A stretch of 32,000 nucleotides of DNA, from contig JAJRVL010000001.1 of NCBI GenBank assembly GCA_024277355.1, positions 60,001 to 92,000 on the forward strand. The letters run 5' to 3'. This document shows positions 16,253 to 24,587 of this stretch, in pieces. How positions within the stretch are numbered: the stretch's first letter is position 1; every line of letters begins with the position of its first letter. The notes beneath the pieces were generated by a model, which had not been told where the DNA came from, searched no databases, and worked only from the letters and a program-made list of their open reading frames with translations. The translations under genes and the position numbers were made by a program. This DNA is from an archaeon. Its GTDB lineage: Archaea > Iainarchaeota > Iainarchaeia > Iainarchaeales > 1-14-0-10-31-34.

Positions 16253-19200
16253 TTTTTTTTAAAATTAAACTGAACAAACAGCATAAAAGAAACTAACCCT
16301 AAAACAAACAACAATAATGCAATTCCTTCAGGCATTGAAGGCAAATTAAAAGGATTATTGGCTGTTTTATCATTAATATTAATATTCATAAGATTTTGTC
16401 CTGGAATAGATTTAACATTTCCTTCTGAATCAACTGTAGTTTTAATTCCCTGCTGTCTGAATAAATCAAGTAAAGGTAAAAGCTGAGCGTTTTCTGAATA
16501 CCACATTCCTTTTTCAGGATCATACCATAAACTTCCGTTTTTTCCGTTAACTGTTCTGAGTAATTCTTTTATTCCATTATAATCAAGGAAAGGCCTTCCG
16601 TTTTCAGTTGAAAAACCAAAGTCATGTGTTTGTCCATCAGAAGTCTTAACTTCAAATCCATCAGTAGTTGAAGTTAAAGAATCAATTGCATCATCATAAA
16701 TTATTTCTCCTGTTTCATTGTTAATAATTTTCATTCTTTTAATGCAGTCTTTATCTTCATAAAACACATAAGTTTTTTTATCTGTTTTAAATATATTAAA
16801 CGGCCCCATTTTATCCAAAGACTTGTTAAATAATTTTGCTTTTTCCTGTTTTAATGGAGATTCAGAGTCTCCTAAAACACTTAAATCAAAAGCATATTCT
16901 TCACAGCCAGTAACAGAATTAATTTCAGTTTTAGGATTAACTTTTAAACCAAAAACATCATTTTGTTCTAATTTTCCGTTTTCATGATGCTTTAACCAGA
17001 AAATAAGCTGGTTAGTTGATTTTTTATATAAAATAAACCCATTATCAAAATAAATTGCTTTAACTAAACCAATTTCTGGATCATTGTCTTTTGAATTCAA
17101 TAATTTAACGCTTCTGTCAGCATAAACTTCTAATGAAGGATTATTAAATGCAACTTTTCTTGGAACTCCTTCAGCAATAATTTGTCCTTTCTGGACAAAC
17201 ACGCTTGGATGCGAAGTAGTTTTTAATTCCCTGAATTTTCCAAAAGCTTCACTTAAATTATTTGAATTTAATGGAAGGCCAGTTTGTTTTTTTACTCCGT
17301 CTTTAATGCAATTTAATAAACCTGAATCAGTTATAATTAAATCAGCTGTTTCTCCGCTTGCAGAAAGTTTTAATTCAAAAATTAATTCATTTGGGTTGCC
17401 GCTTAAAGTTACTTTAGTTAAATCATTTGGGTATTCAACTGCAGGAATACTTAAATCAGTTGAAGCCATTCTTACATTATCTTCTGAAGTTAAAATTTCT
17501 TTTCCATCAACAATTAATTTTCCTTTTTCATTATCTGAAACAACTTCCTGTCCATTAGTTCCTTTCATTACTGTTTTTCCTTCAGTTTTGTATTCTGCCG
17601 GATCAATTTGTGTTCCTCCTTCAGCCCAAAAATAAAACAATCTGATTCCGGTTAACATTCCTCTTGAAAAACCAAAAGAATCAAATGTTGCCTGAACTAA
17701 ATCAGAACTTTTTGCGCCTCCTGAAAGAGAATCTAATTCTCTTGAAATATTTGAAACTGCATCTTTAGTTATTGTTCCTGTTCCAGTTAAAACTTCTTCC
17801 ATTTGAGCTGAAGCATTATCAATTATATTAGCAACTTTTTGAGTTGAATATTCAACTGTATCTTCTTTTGGAGATTCTTTTTCTTTAACTGCAGGAACAA
17901 AAAAATGAGTATAATATCCTTCAGTTGTATCAATACAATCCTGCAATTCAGCTGCAACAACAAACTGCTGTATCGCACTCCCAATTGCTCCACCCATTCC
18001 AAAAGCCAAATAACCAGCTGACTCAACTAACGCCAAATAATTTCCCGGATTAATTCCATATTCATTTGCAAAACCAACACCATAACCAACTCTTTCAATT
18101 GCATCCTCACAAGTTAATTTTTCTTTTATTGATTCAGCTAACTTAATGTCTTTTGGTTCACCTTCAGGGCTTTGACCTTTCAAATCCATATGATGAGCAT
18201 AATTAATTAACGTTGCACCGTTCTCCATTTCATCTTTTGGAGTGTCTTCTAATACAATAGAAGAAGTTTTATTTGATGATTTAAAAAAAGCACTAAAATC
18301 ATTTTTTGACTGAGAATTCAAAGTTATTCCGCAATTAACACAGTTTTCTGAAGTATTAGAATATATTGCAATATTTCCAACTTTAGTTCTTAATCCTCCG
18401 TCAGGTTTAGTTAATCTGTCATATTGTTCTTTTACTGGATTAAATTTATCTGAAACCACATTTAAAACATACTTCCAAGGCATATTATCAATTACTCTTG
18501 AAAATAAATCTCCTTGATCTGAACCAGCATTAGCAAAAAAATCAATAAAAGAATCATCATAAAGTTTTTCGTTTCCAGAAGAATAATTAACTGTACGCCA
18601 GGTTTCAGGCAGCATATAAGCACTTAATTCTTCTACTCCAAAGCCTCTTTTTGCCTGCCAGTAAACATAAGGAACAGCAGTATATTTTGCTGCTCCGCCG
18701 ACAGTTCTAAAATAAGCATTAGCTAATCTTTCTTCATTTGCAAACACTTTATCCATTGCATTAAAATATTTTCTTTCAGCCCAGTTTCTTTCCCTTAAAG
18801 AAGTCCATAATTGATTAGACATCATATGAGTTTTTTGTACTCTGTTTGTAGCCCAGCCGGATAATTTGTCTCCCATTTCCCAGGGTTCTAATACTCTATC
18901 TTTAACCCATCCGCCGGTATACAAATTAATTGGACCAGGAGGACTTCTTTCAAGAATCATATCAATTGAACCTTCTTCAACTGGAAGATAACCTTCACCT
19001 TCCATTTTAGCAAACAATTCAGTTGTTTCTCCTTTTGCAACCATATGCTTTAATTCTTCTGGTTCAATATGGCCGTAAGGTCTTCCTGCTTTAACTCGGT
19101 ATAAAACTAATCCATCCCCTGCAGTTTCATATCTGCTCCAATTAGCAAAAGTTCCAGGACGATAATCTCTTACTGTTTTTCCTGCAAATTCATATTTTGG

Positions 19201-20775
19201 ATGACCTCCAAAAGCTTTAATTACATTGTTAAAATGATCAGGAAAAGTTCTGATATTATTATAGCTTCCTTCATCTAAGTTTCTTAAAGCATAATACCAT
19301 AACCCGCTTCTTTTTGCTTTAGCAAACAGATGAGGCAAATCTGCATTTAATTCATCATCATAATGCCCTAATAATCTTGCCATTTTTCCGCCGTATTCTG
19401 CTCTTGCTGCTCTTCCTGCAGGAGTATCATGCCCAACTAAAGCAATTCTTTCTTGTAATTCTTTTTTTGCTCTTTGCGCATAAATGTCTGAAGTAGTTGT
19501 AAATCTCTTTAAGTCTTTTGCATATTTAACAAATTCTTTTTTGTTTTCAATTGGAATTTTTCCATTAGTAAACAAAGGGCTTGTCCTTGGATCCATATAT
19601 TTTGCTATTACAATAGAAGAATCCCCGCTTGAAGCCATTCCTTTAGTGTCAATTACTGCTTCAACAAAATCAGCATGGAAATTTGAAAACCCATCAAATT
19701 TTTCTTTTTGAGCTGAAATCCTTCCTCCTAATTTGTTTCCCCAAAAACTGTCATGACCAAAAAATTTTAACCTCATATTTTCAACAAACTTTGAGTTTTC
19801 AATGTCAGGCAAAAGGCTTCTTCCTAATAAACCTCTTCTTGAACTTAAACCAAATAATTTTTTTGCTCCACCCCATAAAGTTGGTGCGCCGGTCTGAATA
19901 ACCATATTAGCAGAAAACCATTGATTGAAATGCTTGTCAAAAAAAGAATACAAAGAAATCATACAAGAAGAATCCCTGCAGGTTGTTCCCATTGAAGCAG
20001 TAAATTCATCAACTAAAATACTGTTAGGCATATATTCTCCAGGAATTTTTTTTATTATTTGTCCTGCTAATTCATCCTGATCTTCACTGTTATAATAGTC
20101 TTCTAAAATTTGTTTTGTTTCATCAGGAAGTTCTTCTCCAATTTCTTTATCAGAAAAAATTCCTTTTAAATCCTTCCAGATTGAAACAAAATCCTCTTTA
20201 AATCCTTCTCCGTCAGTTCTTAAAGTTAAATTATTTCCCATTAAAGGACAGTTTTCTTCTTCATTTCTGCATTGGCCTACTCTTAAAGAATCATTTAATA
20301 ATAAACCCAAAGAATAAGCTCCAACATACCTGTTGTTTAACAAATAACTTATTTCATTAGGAGTTATTTCTTTATTTGGCAGTTCAATTTTTTGTGCTTC
20401 ATTTGAATCAGGAGAAACAAGCAAAGCAGTATTATTTTCTAAAATTCTTCTGTCTTTAACTGGGTCAGTTCCTGCACTTAATTCTTCTGCAGTAAAACCT
20501 TTCTCTAAAAGTTCTCTTTGAAAAGCTTCAACTTCTTCATCACTTAAAGATTCAGTTGAACAAGAAAAATTATTAATTAATTCTTCAGTTTCTTCTTCTG
20601 CAAAAAAAATAGTGGAAGGAGAAAAAGAATTATCACTTAAATTACTATTATCCTGTAAATCATTATTATTAACAGAAGAATTAATCTGATAATTCAAAGC
20701 AAAAGCAAAAGATGAATTAAAGACTAAGTAAACTACCAATAAAACCAAAAAATTATTTTTATTCAATTCATTCAC
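16249..20775 (-). CDS. Giant (1508 aa) secreted protein with C-terminal membrane anchor, no recognisable family
   Basis: N-terminal signal peptide MNELNKNNFLVLLVVYLVFNSSFAFA. An acidic, Asn/Ser-rich linker follows. The body is long, non-repetitive and globular-looking. C-terminus is PSMPEGIALLLFVLGLVSFMLFVQFNFKKN. Confidence 0.85.
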   Translation of the reverse strand: MNELNKNNFLVLLVVYLVFNSSFAFALNYQINSSVNNNDLQDNSNLSDNSFSPSTIFFAEEETEELINNFSCSTESLSDEEVEAFQRELLEKGFTAEELSAGTDPVKDRRILENNTALLVSPDSNEAQKIELPNKEITPNEISYLLNNRYVGAYSLGLLLNDSLRVGQCRNEEENCPLMGNNLTLRTDGEGFKEDFVSIWKDLKGIFSDKEIGEELPDETKQILEDYYNSEDQDELAGQIIKKIPGEYMPNSILVDEFTASMGTTCRDSSCMISLYSFFDKHFNQWFSANMVIQTGAPTLWGGAKKLFGLSSRRGLLGRSLLPDIENSKFVENMRLKFFGHDSFWGNKLGGRISAQKEKFDGFSNFHADFVEAVIDTKGMASSGDSSIVIAKYMDPRTSPLFTNGKIPIENKKEFVKYAKDLKRFTTTSDIYAQRAKKELQERIALVGHDTPAGRAARAEYGGKMARLLGHYDDELNADLPHLFAKAKRSGLWYYALRNLDEGSYNNIRTFPDHFNNVIKAFGGHPKYEFAGKTVRDYRPGTFANWSRYETAGDGLVLYRVKAGRPYGHIEPEELKHMVAKGETTELFAKMEGEGYLPVEEGSIDMILERSPPGPINLYTGGWVKDRVLEPWEMGDKLSGWATNRVQKTHMMSNQLWTSLRERNWAERKYFNAMDKVFANEERLANAYFRTVGGAAKYTAVPYVYWQAKRGFGVEELSAYMLPETWRTVNYSSGNEKLYDDSFIDFFANAGSDQGDLFSRVIDNMPWKYVLNVVSDKFNPVKEQYDRLTKPDGGLRTKVGNIAIYSNTSENCVNCGITLNSQSKNDFSAFFKSSNKTSSIVLEDTPKDEMENGATLINYAHHMDLKGQSPEGEPKDIKLAESIKEKLTCEDAIERVGYGVGFANEYGINPGNYLALVESAGYLAFGMGGAIGSAIQQFVVAAELQDCIDTTEGYYTHFFVPAVKEKESPKEDTVEYSTQKVANIIDNASAQMEEVLTGTGTITKDAVSNISRELDSLSGGAKSSDLVQATFDSFGFSRGMLTGIRLFYFWAEGGTQIDPAEYKTEGKTVMKGTNGQEVVSDNEKGKLIVDGKEILTSEDNVRMASTDLSIPAVEYPNDLTKVTLSGNPNELIFELKLSASGETADLIITDSGLLNCIKDGVKKQTGLPLNSNNLSEAFGKFRELKTTSHPSVFVQKGQIIAEGVPRKVAFNNPSLEVYADRSVKLLNSKDNDPEIGLVKAIYFDNGFILYKKSTNQLIFWLKHHENGKLEQNDVFGLKVNPKTEINSVTGCEEYAFDLSVLGDSESPLKQEKAKLFNKSLDKMGPFNIFKTDKKTYVFYEDKDCIKRMKIINNETGEIIYDDAIDSLTSTTDGFEVKTSDGQTHDFGFSTENGRPFLDYNGIKELLRTVNGKNGSLWYDPEKGMWYSENAQLLPLLDLFRQQGIKTTVDSEGNVKSIPGQNLMNININDKTANNPFNLPSMPEGIALLLFVLGLVSFMLFVQFNFKKN

Positions 20776-21312
20776 CTATGCAAAATAAAGGAGATAAAAC
20801 ACTCCGGGAACCACCCAAGGAATTAAAAACAAAACAATAAATAACCCTAACGCTGTAGCCATAAAACAGGCAAAAAAGAAATTAATGAATTTATTCAGAG
20901 AATTAAACTTTTTGCTGAAAAAATCAAAAGCAAAAGCTCCAACAAAAATTAAAGGCAAAACAAAAATAGAAAAAATTAATGAAACTATAATTAACTTAAT
21001 TAACACAGAAAAAAATAAATATAAAAATTCAGGCAAAGTCATCTTGTAAACTTCAGGAACTATTCCGACATCTACTCTTAAAAAAGCTTCAATTACAGGC
21101 CAGACAAAAAAAACCAGCAAAAGCAAAACAAAAACAAAAAAAGTGCTGATAAAAGATTTCTGAATCCATGTTAAATTAAATTTTTCAATAAATTTCTTTG
21201 AGAAAAAATAGCCAATTAAAAACAAGAAAAAAACAACAAATGAAATTAAAAAAGCTCCCCTAAAAAAATCAAAAGCAGAAAAAATTACATCTATTAAAAG
21301 ATTATAAGCCAT
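20776..21312 (-). CDS. Polytopic (about 5 TM) membrane protein, directly abutting the start of the giant protein gene
   Basis: 178 aa, very hydrophobic and Phe-rich. Its stop codon (20776-20778) is immediately followed by the start of the 1508-aa ORF (20775). Confidence 0.6.
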   Translation of the reverse strand: MAYNLLIDVIFSAFDFFRGAFLISFVVFFLFLIGYFFSKKFIEKFNLTWIQKSFISTFFVFVLLLLVFFVWPVIEAFLRVDVGIVPEVYKMTLPEFLYLFFSVLIKLIIVSLIFSIFVLPLIFVGAFAFDFFSKKFNSLNKFINFFFACFMATALGLFIVLFLIPWVVPGVFYLLYFA

Positions 21313-21334
21313 AACAAAAAATAAAGAGAAAACT

Positions 21335-21345
21335 AATATAAATAA
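21335..21345. promoter_or_regulatory. Single shared TATA element (AATATAAATAA) in a 53-nt divergent intergenic region
   Basis: The centre (~21340) lies 26 nt from the + strand ATG (21366) and 28 nt from the - strand ATG (21312). This spacing fits archaeal leaderless transcripts in both directions. Confidence 0.35.
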
Positions 21346-21365
21346 CTAATGCTTTTAATTATTCT

Positions 21366-22205
21366 ATGGAAAAGATCCCCAGAAGACTTAAAAGATTTCA
21401 CAGAAAAAAAGAAAAACCATTATTAGAGGAACTTAAAGGGTTAAGCGGGAAAAAACAAAAAAAATTCAATGAAAAAATGAAAATAGAAAAAGAAAATCCA
21501 GATAAAGTAGCAGAAGATTTATTTGAACAAATTAAAATTAAAGAAGAAAAAAAAGGCAAAAGACAAAAAGAAACAAAATCAAATTCAAAAAAAGAAAAAA
21601 ACAACAATTCTTATTCAAAAACCAAAGAAATTCCTTTATGGAAACAAAGAAGAATGCAAAGAATAGAAAAAACAGGAAAAAAAGAACCAGAAACAAAAAA
21701 AGAAAAAAAACCTGAACAAAAAAAAGCAAGAAAACATGGAAAAAAAAAAGAAACAAAAACAGAAGAAAAAAAAGAATTTTCTGAATTAGAAACAGAAACA
21801 AAAGAAATAGACATAAAAAACTTGTTTGGCGGGAAAAAAATTAAAAAAACAACAAATGAATTAAATGATTTGAATTTAGATTTAAATTTAGATGAAGAAA
21901 CAGATGAAACAGAAGTAAAAGAAGAAGAAAATAAACTTGAAGAATTAAATGAAAAAACAACAAATGAATTAAATGAAATTCAGGAATTAAATTTAGAAGA
22001 ACCTGAAGCAGTTGAAGAAATAAAAGAAGACACAAATGAAACAAAAGAAAAAAAATGTGTTAACTGCGGGCAAGAATTTAATGTATTAATTTTCTGTTCT
22101 AAATGTGGAAATGCATTCTGCGACAAATGTACTAAAATAAAACACCCTGAAGGAACAAAAACAAAATATGTTTGTCCTCACTGCGGAAATGTAGTAAAAA
22201 AATAA
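21366..22205 (+). CDS. Poly-Lys/Glu low-complexity protein with a C-terminal four-CxxC zinc-binding module
   Basis: About 230 aa of K/E-rich sequence, followed by CVNCGQEFNVLIFCSKCGNAFCDKCTKIKHPEGTKTKYVCPHCG (nt 22056-22202). Confidence 0.7.
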   Translation: MEKIPRRLKRFHRKKEKPLLEELKGLSGKKQKKFNEKMKIEKENPDKVAEDLFEQIKIKEEKKGKRQKETKSNSKKEKNNNSYSKTKEIPLWKQRRMQRIEKTGKKEPETKKEKKPEQKKARKHGKKKETKTEEKKEFSELETETKEIDIKNLFGGKKIKKTTNELNDLNLDLNLDEETDETEVKEEENKLEELNEKTTNELNEIQELNLEEPEAVEEIKEDTNETKEKKCVNCGQEFNVLIFCSKCGNAFCDKCTKIKHPEGTKTKYVCPHCGNVVKK

Positions 22206-22910
22206 TTAAGCTGAAACACATTTAAGTTTTTCAAAAACAGATTCTGTTTCATTAAAATCTTTCGGAGTCCATAAAACTAACTGAACTATTCCTTCTTTAG
22301 TTGAACCTGAAAGCAAAGGAAAAGAAATTGAAGAAACAGCCTGTCCTTGTGCTCCAACAAAAATAATAAAACTATCAATATCCTGCTGTGTAACACTATT
22401 ATCTGAATTACATAAATAATTTTTTTCTGTTACATCAACACTTTCAATAAAAATTCCGTCTTCATCATAAACAGAAGTAAATTCTTTTCTTGAAATAAAA
22501 AAATAAGGAAAACTAAAAGGAGTTGAATCCACCCTGATAAAAAAAAGATAATCAAAAGAATTTCTTACTGGTTTCATTACAGACTGAACTGACAAAGTTA
22601 AATCATTCTTGAAATAATCAATGTTTTCATTAAAAGCATAATCTTCTTTTATTGCAGCAATCAAAAAATCAACTTCAGCTTCATCTGAACTTATTGGAAA
22701 ATCATTTCTTGAAAAAGAAGAATATAAAATAGTTTTTAACGCACTAGTAGCATAATCTGAACCATATTTAGAAGTAGAATACTCCCCTACTGTTCTCCCA
22801 TACTGAGAAGAAAACAAAAACATAAATGAAACCAAAGACATAACAATAATTAAAAAAAATAAAGCATCAGTTACTGCTGCCTGTCCTTTTTGTTTTCTTA
22901 TTCTTTCCAT
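22206..22910 (-). CDS. Pilin-like protein with class III signal peptide (last gene of the pilus operon)
   Basis: N-terminus MERIRKQKG|QAAVTDALFFLIIVMSLVSFMFLF. It overlaps the upstream gene by 13 nt. Confidence 0.7.
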   Translation of the reverse strand: MERIRKQKGQAAVTDALFFLIIVMSLVSFMFLFSSQYGRTVGEYSTSKYGSDYATSALKTILYSSFSRNDFPISSDEAEVDFLIAAIKEDYAFNENIDYFKNDLTLSVQSVMKPVRNSFDYLFFIRVDSTPFSFPYFFISRKEFTSVYDEDGIFIESVDVTEKNYLCNSDNSVTQQDIDSFIIFVGAQGQAVSSISFPLLSGSTKEGIVQLVLWTPKDFNETESVFEKLKCVSA

Positions 22911-23419
22911 GCAACCACAATTAATTTAACCGGAATAACAATAGACTTCTCATTTCCTCTTCCATCAGTAAAATTTTTTTCCATAACTAAAGGATAAATT
23001 CTTGAAACAACTTTTGAATTCAAAGAAAAAGCTTTTTCCTGAGTTAAAGTTTCATTAGTATTAGAACACTTAAATAAATTTCCTCCATCAGGAATATACT
23101 CTGAATCCAAATCAAAAATATTTATTTCTTTATCTAATTCAGTTAAGCCTGCAGAAAAAAACGGCTGTCTTATATTTAATGCATTGCATGATTTTTCAAA
23201 TTCAGTTAAAGAAGAAACAAAACCTGTTCCCCTTAAAGAAGCAGAAATTTGAACAACCGCAATATCATTTTCAAAGTCTATAGTGCGGTCATTATAAGTG
23301 TTTACAGTCATATAAAAAGAAGAAAAGAAAATCACTAAAGCAAACATTAAAGGAATCAAAGAAGGAAGGTCATCTCCTATTGGCCCTAAATAACCTTTTT
23401 TATTTAACTGAAAGAACAA
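22898..23419 (-). CDS. Pilin-like / pilus accessory protein with class III-type N-terminus
   Basis: TTG start. N-terminus MFFQLNKKG|YLGPIGDDLPSLIPLMFALVIFF. AGGAG lies upstream. It overlaps the preceding gene by 16 nt. Confidence 0.55.
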   Translation of the reverse strand: MFFQLNKKGYLGPIGDDLPSLIPLMFALVIFFSSFYMTVNTYNDRTIDFENDIAVVQISASLRGTGFVSSLTEFEKSCNALNIRQPFFSAGLTELDKEINIFDLDSEYIPDGGNLFKCSNTNETLTQEKAFSLNSKVVSRIYPLVMEKNFTDGRGNEKSIVIPVKLIVVAWKE

Positions 23420-24021
23420 TTAAATCCAACTCCTGGTTTTACTTCTTCTCCTGCAAAACCTAAAAGAGTTTCACAGTCAGCTCCTCCTCTGTTGCTGCAA
23501 GGAATAACATAAACTTTTGTTTGTCCTGAAACAACTTCTTTCAAAATAACATAAGCATTAGAAGGAAAAGCTGCCTGAGGATCCAATAAAACATTTGAAT
23601 CATTAATTGAAGGATTTCTTGTTTTTAATTCCTGAAAATCAAAAAATTTTATTTCTGCTTCAACATCAAATGAAGCAGCAGCAATAAATTCTTCAGGAGT
23701 TTTTCTTGGAGCTAAAGCAAAAATTAATTTATTTAACCCATTATTTCCTTCAGCTTTTTTGATATTCATTACATAATATAATCCTCTTCCTGTGTTTCCT
23801 GCTGACGATTCAATTGAATCTTTTAAATAATGAATTTGAGCTGAACACAAAGAAGGAGAAGCAATTAAAGTAAAAGCATCCTGTGCATGAATTCTAATGT
23901 AATCCTGTGAAATATTTTCAATTAATACCTGAGAAAAACCAAAAATAAAAAACAAAATAATAGAAAAAACAGCAGTAACAAAAATCAGCAGATTAATTTT
24001 ACTTAAAGTAAAGCCAAGCAT
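23404..24021 (-). CDS. Pilin-like protein with a very short leader and a G|FTLS N-terminus
   Basis: N-terminus MLG|FTLSKINLLIFVTAVFSIILFFIF. A strong SD (AGGTGA) lies 5 nt upstream of the ATG. Confidence 0.55.
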   Translation of the reverse strand: MLGFTLSKINLLIFVTAVFSIILFFIFGFSQVLIENISQDYIRIHAQDAFTLIASPSLCSAQIHYLKDSIESSAGNTGRGLYYVMNIKKAEGNNGLNKLIFALAPRKTPEEFIAAASFDVEAEIKFFDFQELKTRNPSINDSNVLLDPQAAFPSNAYVILKEVVSGQTKVYVIPCSNRGGADCETLLGFAGEEVKPGVGFNCSFS

Positions 24022-24029
24022 TAATTCAC

Positions 24030-24587
24030 CTAATTTTTAATATAAGAACAAACAACCGGATAACTTATTGCAGGATTAGAATAATAAAGAAACTGATAGA
24101 CTCCTGCTTCCACTCCTTGATCAGAATCAATTTTTGCAGGACTATAATCAGGCATAACAGGGCATTGAGAAGGATGAGTATCAAAATTTCTGAATTGCGT
24201 GTCAAAACCAATATTAATACATTTATCCTGAATGCCAGTTACTTCATTTGTATTATATCTTAACAAAGTACAGCTGGAAGAAGAATTCAAGCATACTTGT
24301 GAACAAATTCTTGCTTCATCAATTCTTTTAATTACAAATTTTTCGTTTTTAGTGCATCCAGGCAAACTGAAATTTACATTTGATGGAGCTTTAATATTTG
24401 CAGTTTTTTCTACAGCTAACTTAAAGTCATTCATTAATTTTTCAGTGTCATTAAAGCATTTTTGTTTGTTTGCTTCATTCATTGCATTAACTCCAACAAT
24501 AATAACAAAAGTCATCAAAATTACTGCTACAAGAAGCTGAAACGGAGCTTCTTCTTGTCCTTTCTGAAACAAGAATTTAACCTCCAA
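24030..24587 (-). CDS. Type IV pilin-like protein, Cys-rich (class III signal peptide)
   Basis: N-terminus ...FQKG|QEEAPFQLLVAVILMTFVII. Ten Cys in the mature part. The track start is TTG 24587. TTG 24572 lies 7 nt after a perfect GGAGGT and gives MFQKGQ..., so it is the more likely start. Confidence 0.75.
   Translation of the reverse strand: MEVKFLFQKGQEEAPFQLLVAVILMTFVIIVGVNAMNEANKQKCFNDTEKLMNDFKLAVEKTANIKAPSNVNFSLPGCTKNEKFVIKRIDEARICSQVCLNSSSSCTLLRYNTNEVTGIQDKCINIGFDTQFRNFDTHPSQCPVMPDYSPAKIDSDQGVEAGVYQFLYYSNPAISYPVVCSYIKN

Noticed and set aside
16249-20775. Possibility that the giant gene is a diversity-generating-retroelement target or contains internal repeats
   Set aside because: There is no reverse transcriptase gene and no template/variable repeat pair anywhere in the window, and I saw no internal nucleotide repeats.
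21398-22044. Four minus-strand ORFs (67-87 aa; Phe/Leu-rich) overlapping the Lys/Glu-rich gene
   Set aside because: They are antisense shadows of AAA/GAA-rich coding sequence (AAA read backwards gives TTT). Their composition is low-complexity poly-Phe/Leu with no start context.
21366-22050. Long A-rich, AAA/GAA-repetitive tracts, considered as simple-sequence repeats or a CRISPR-like array
   Set aside because: There is no fixed period and no repeat-spacer structure. The tracts are in-frame Lys/Glu low-complexity coding sequence.
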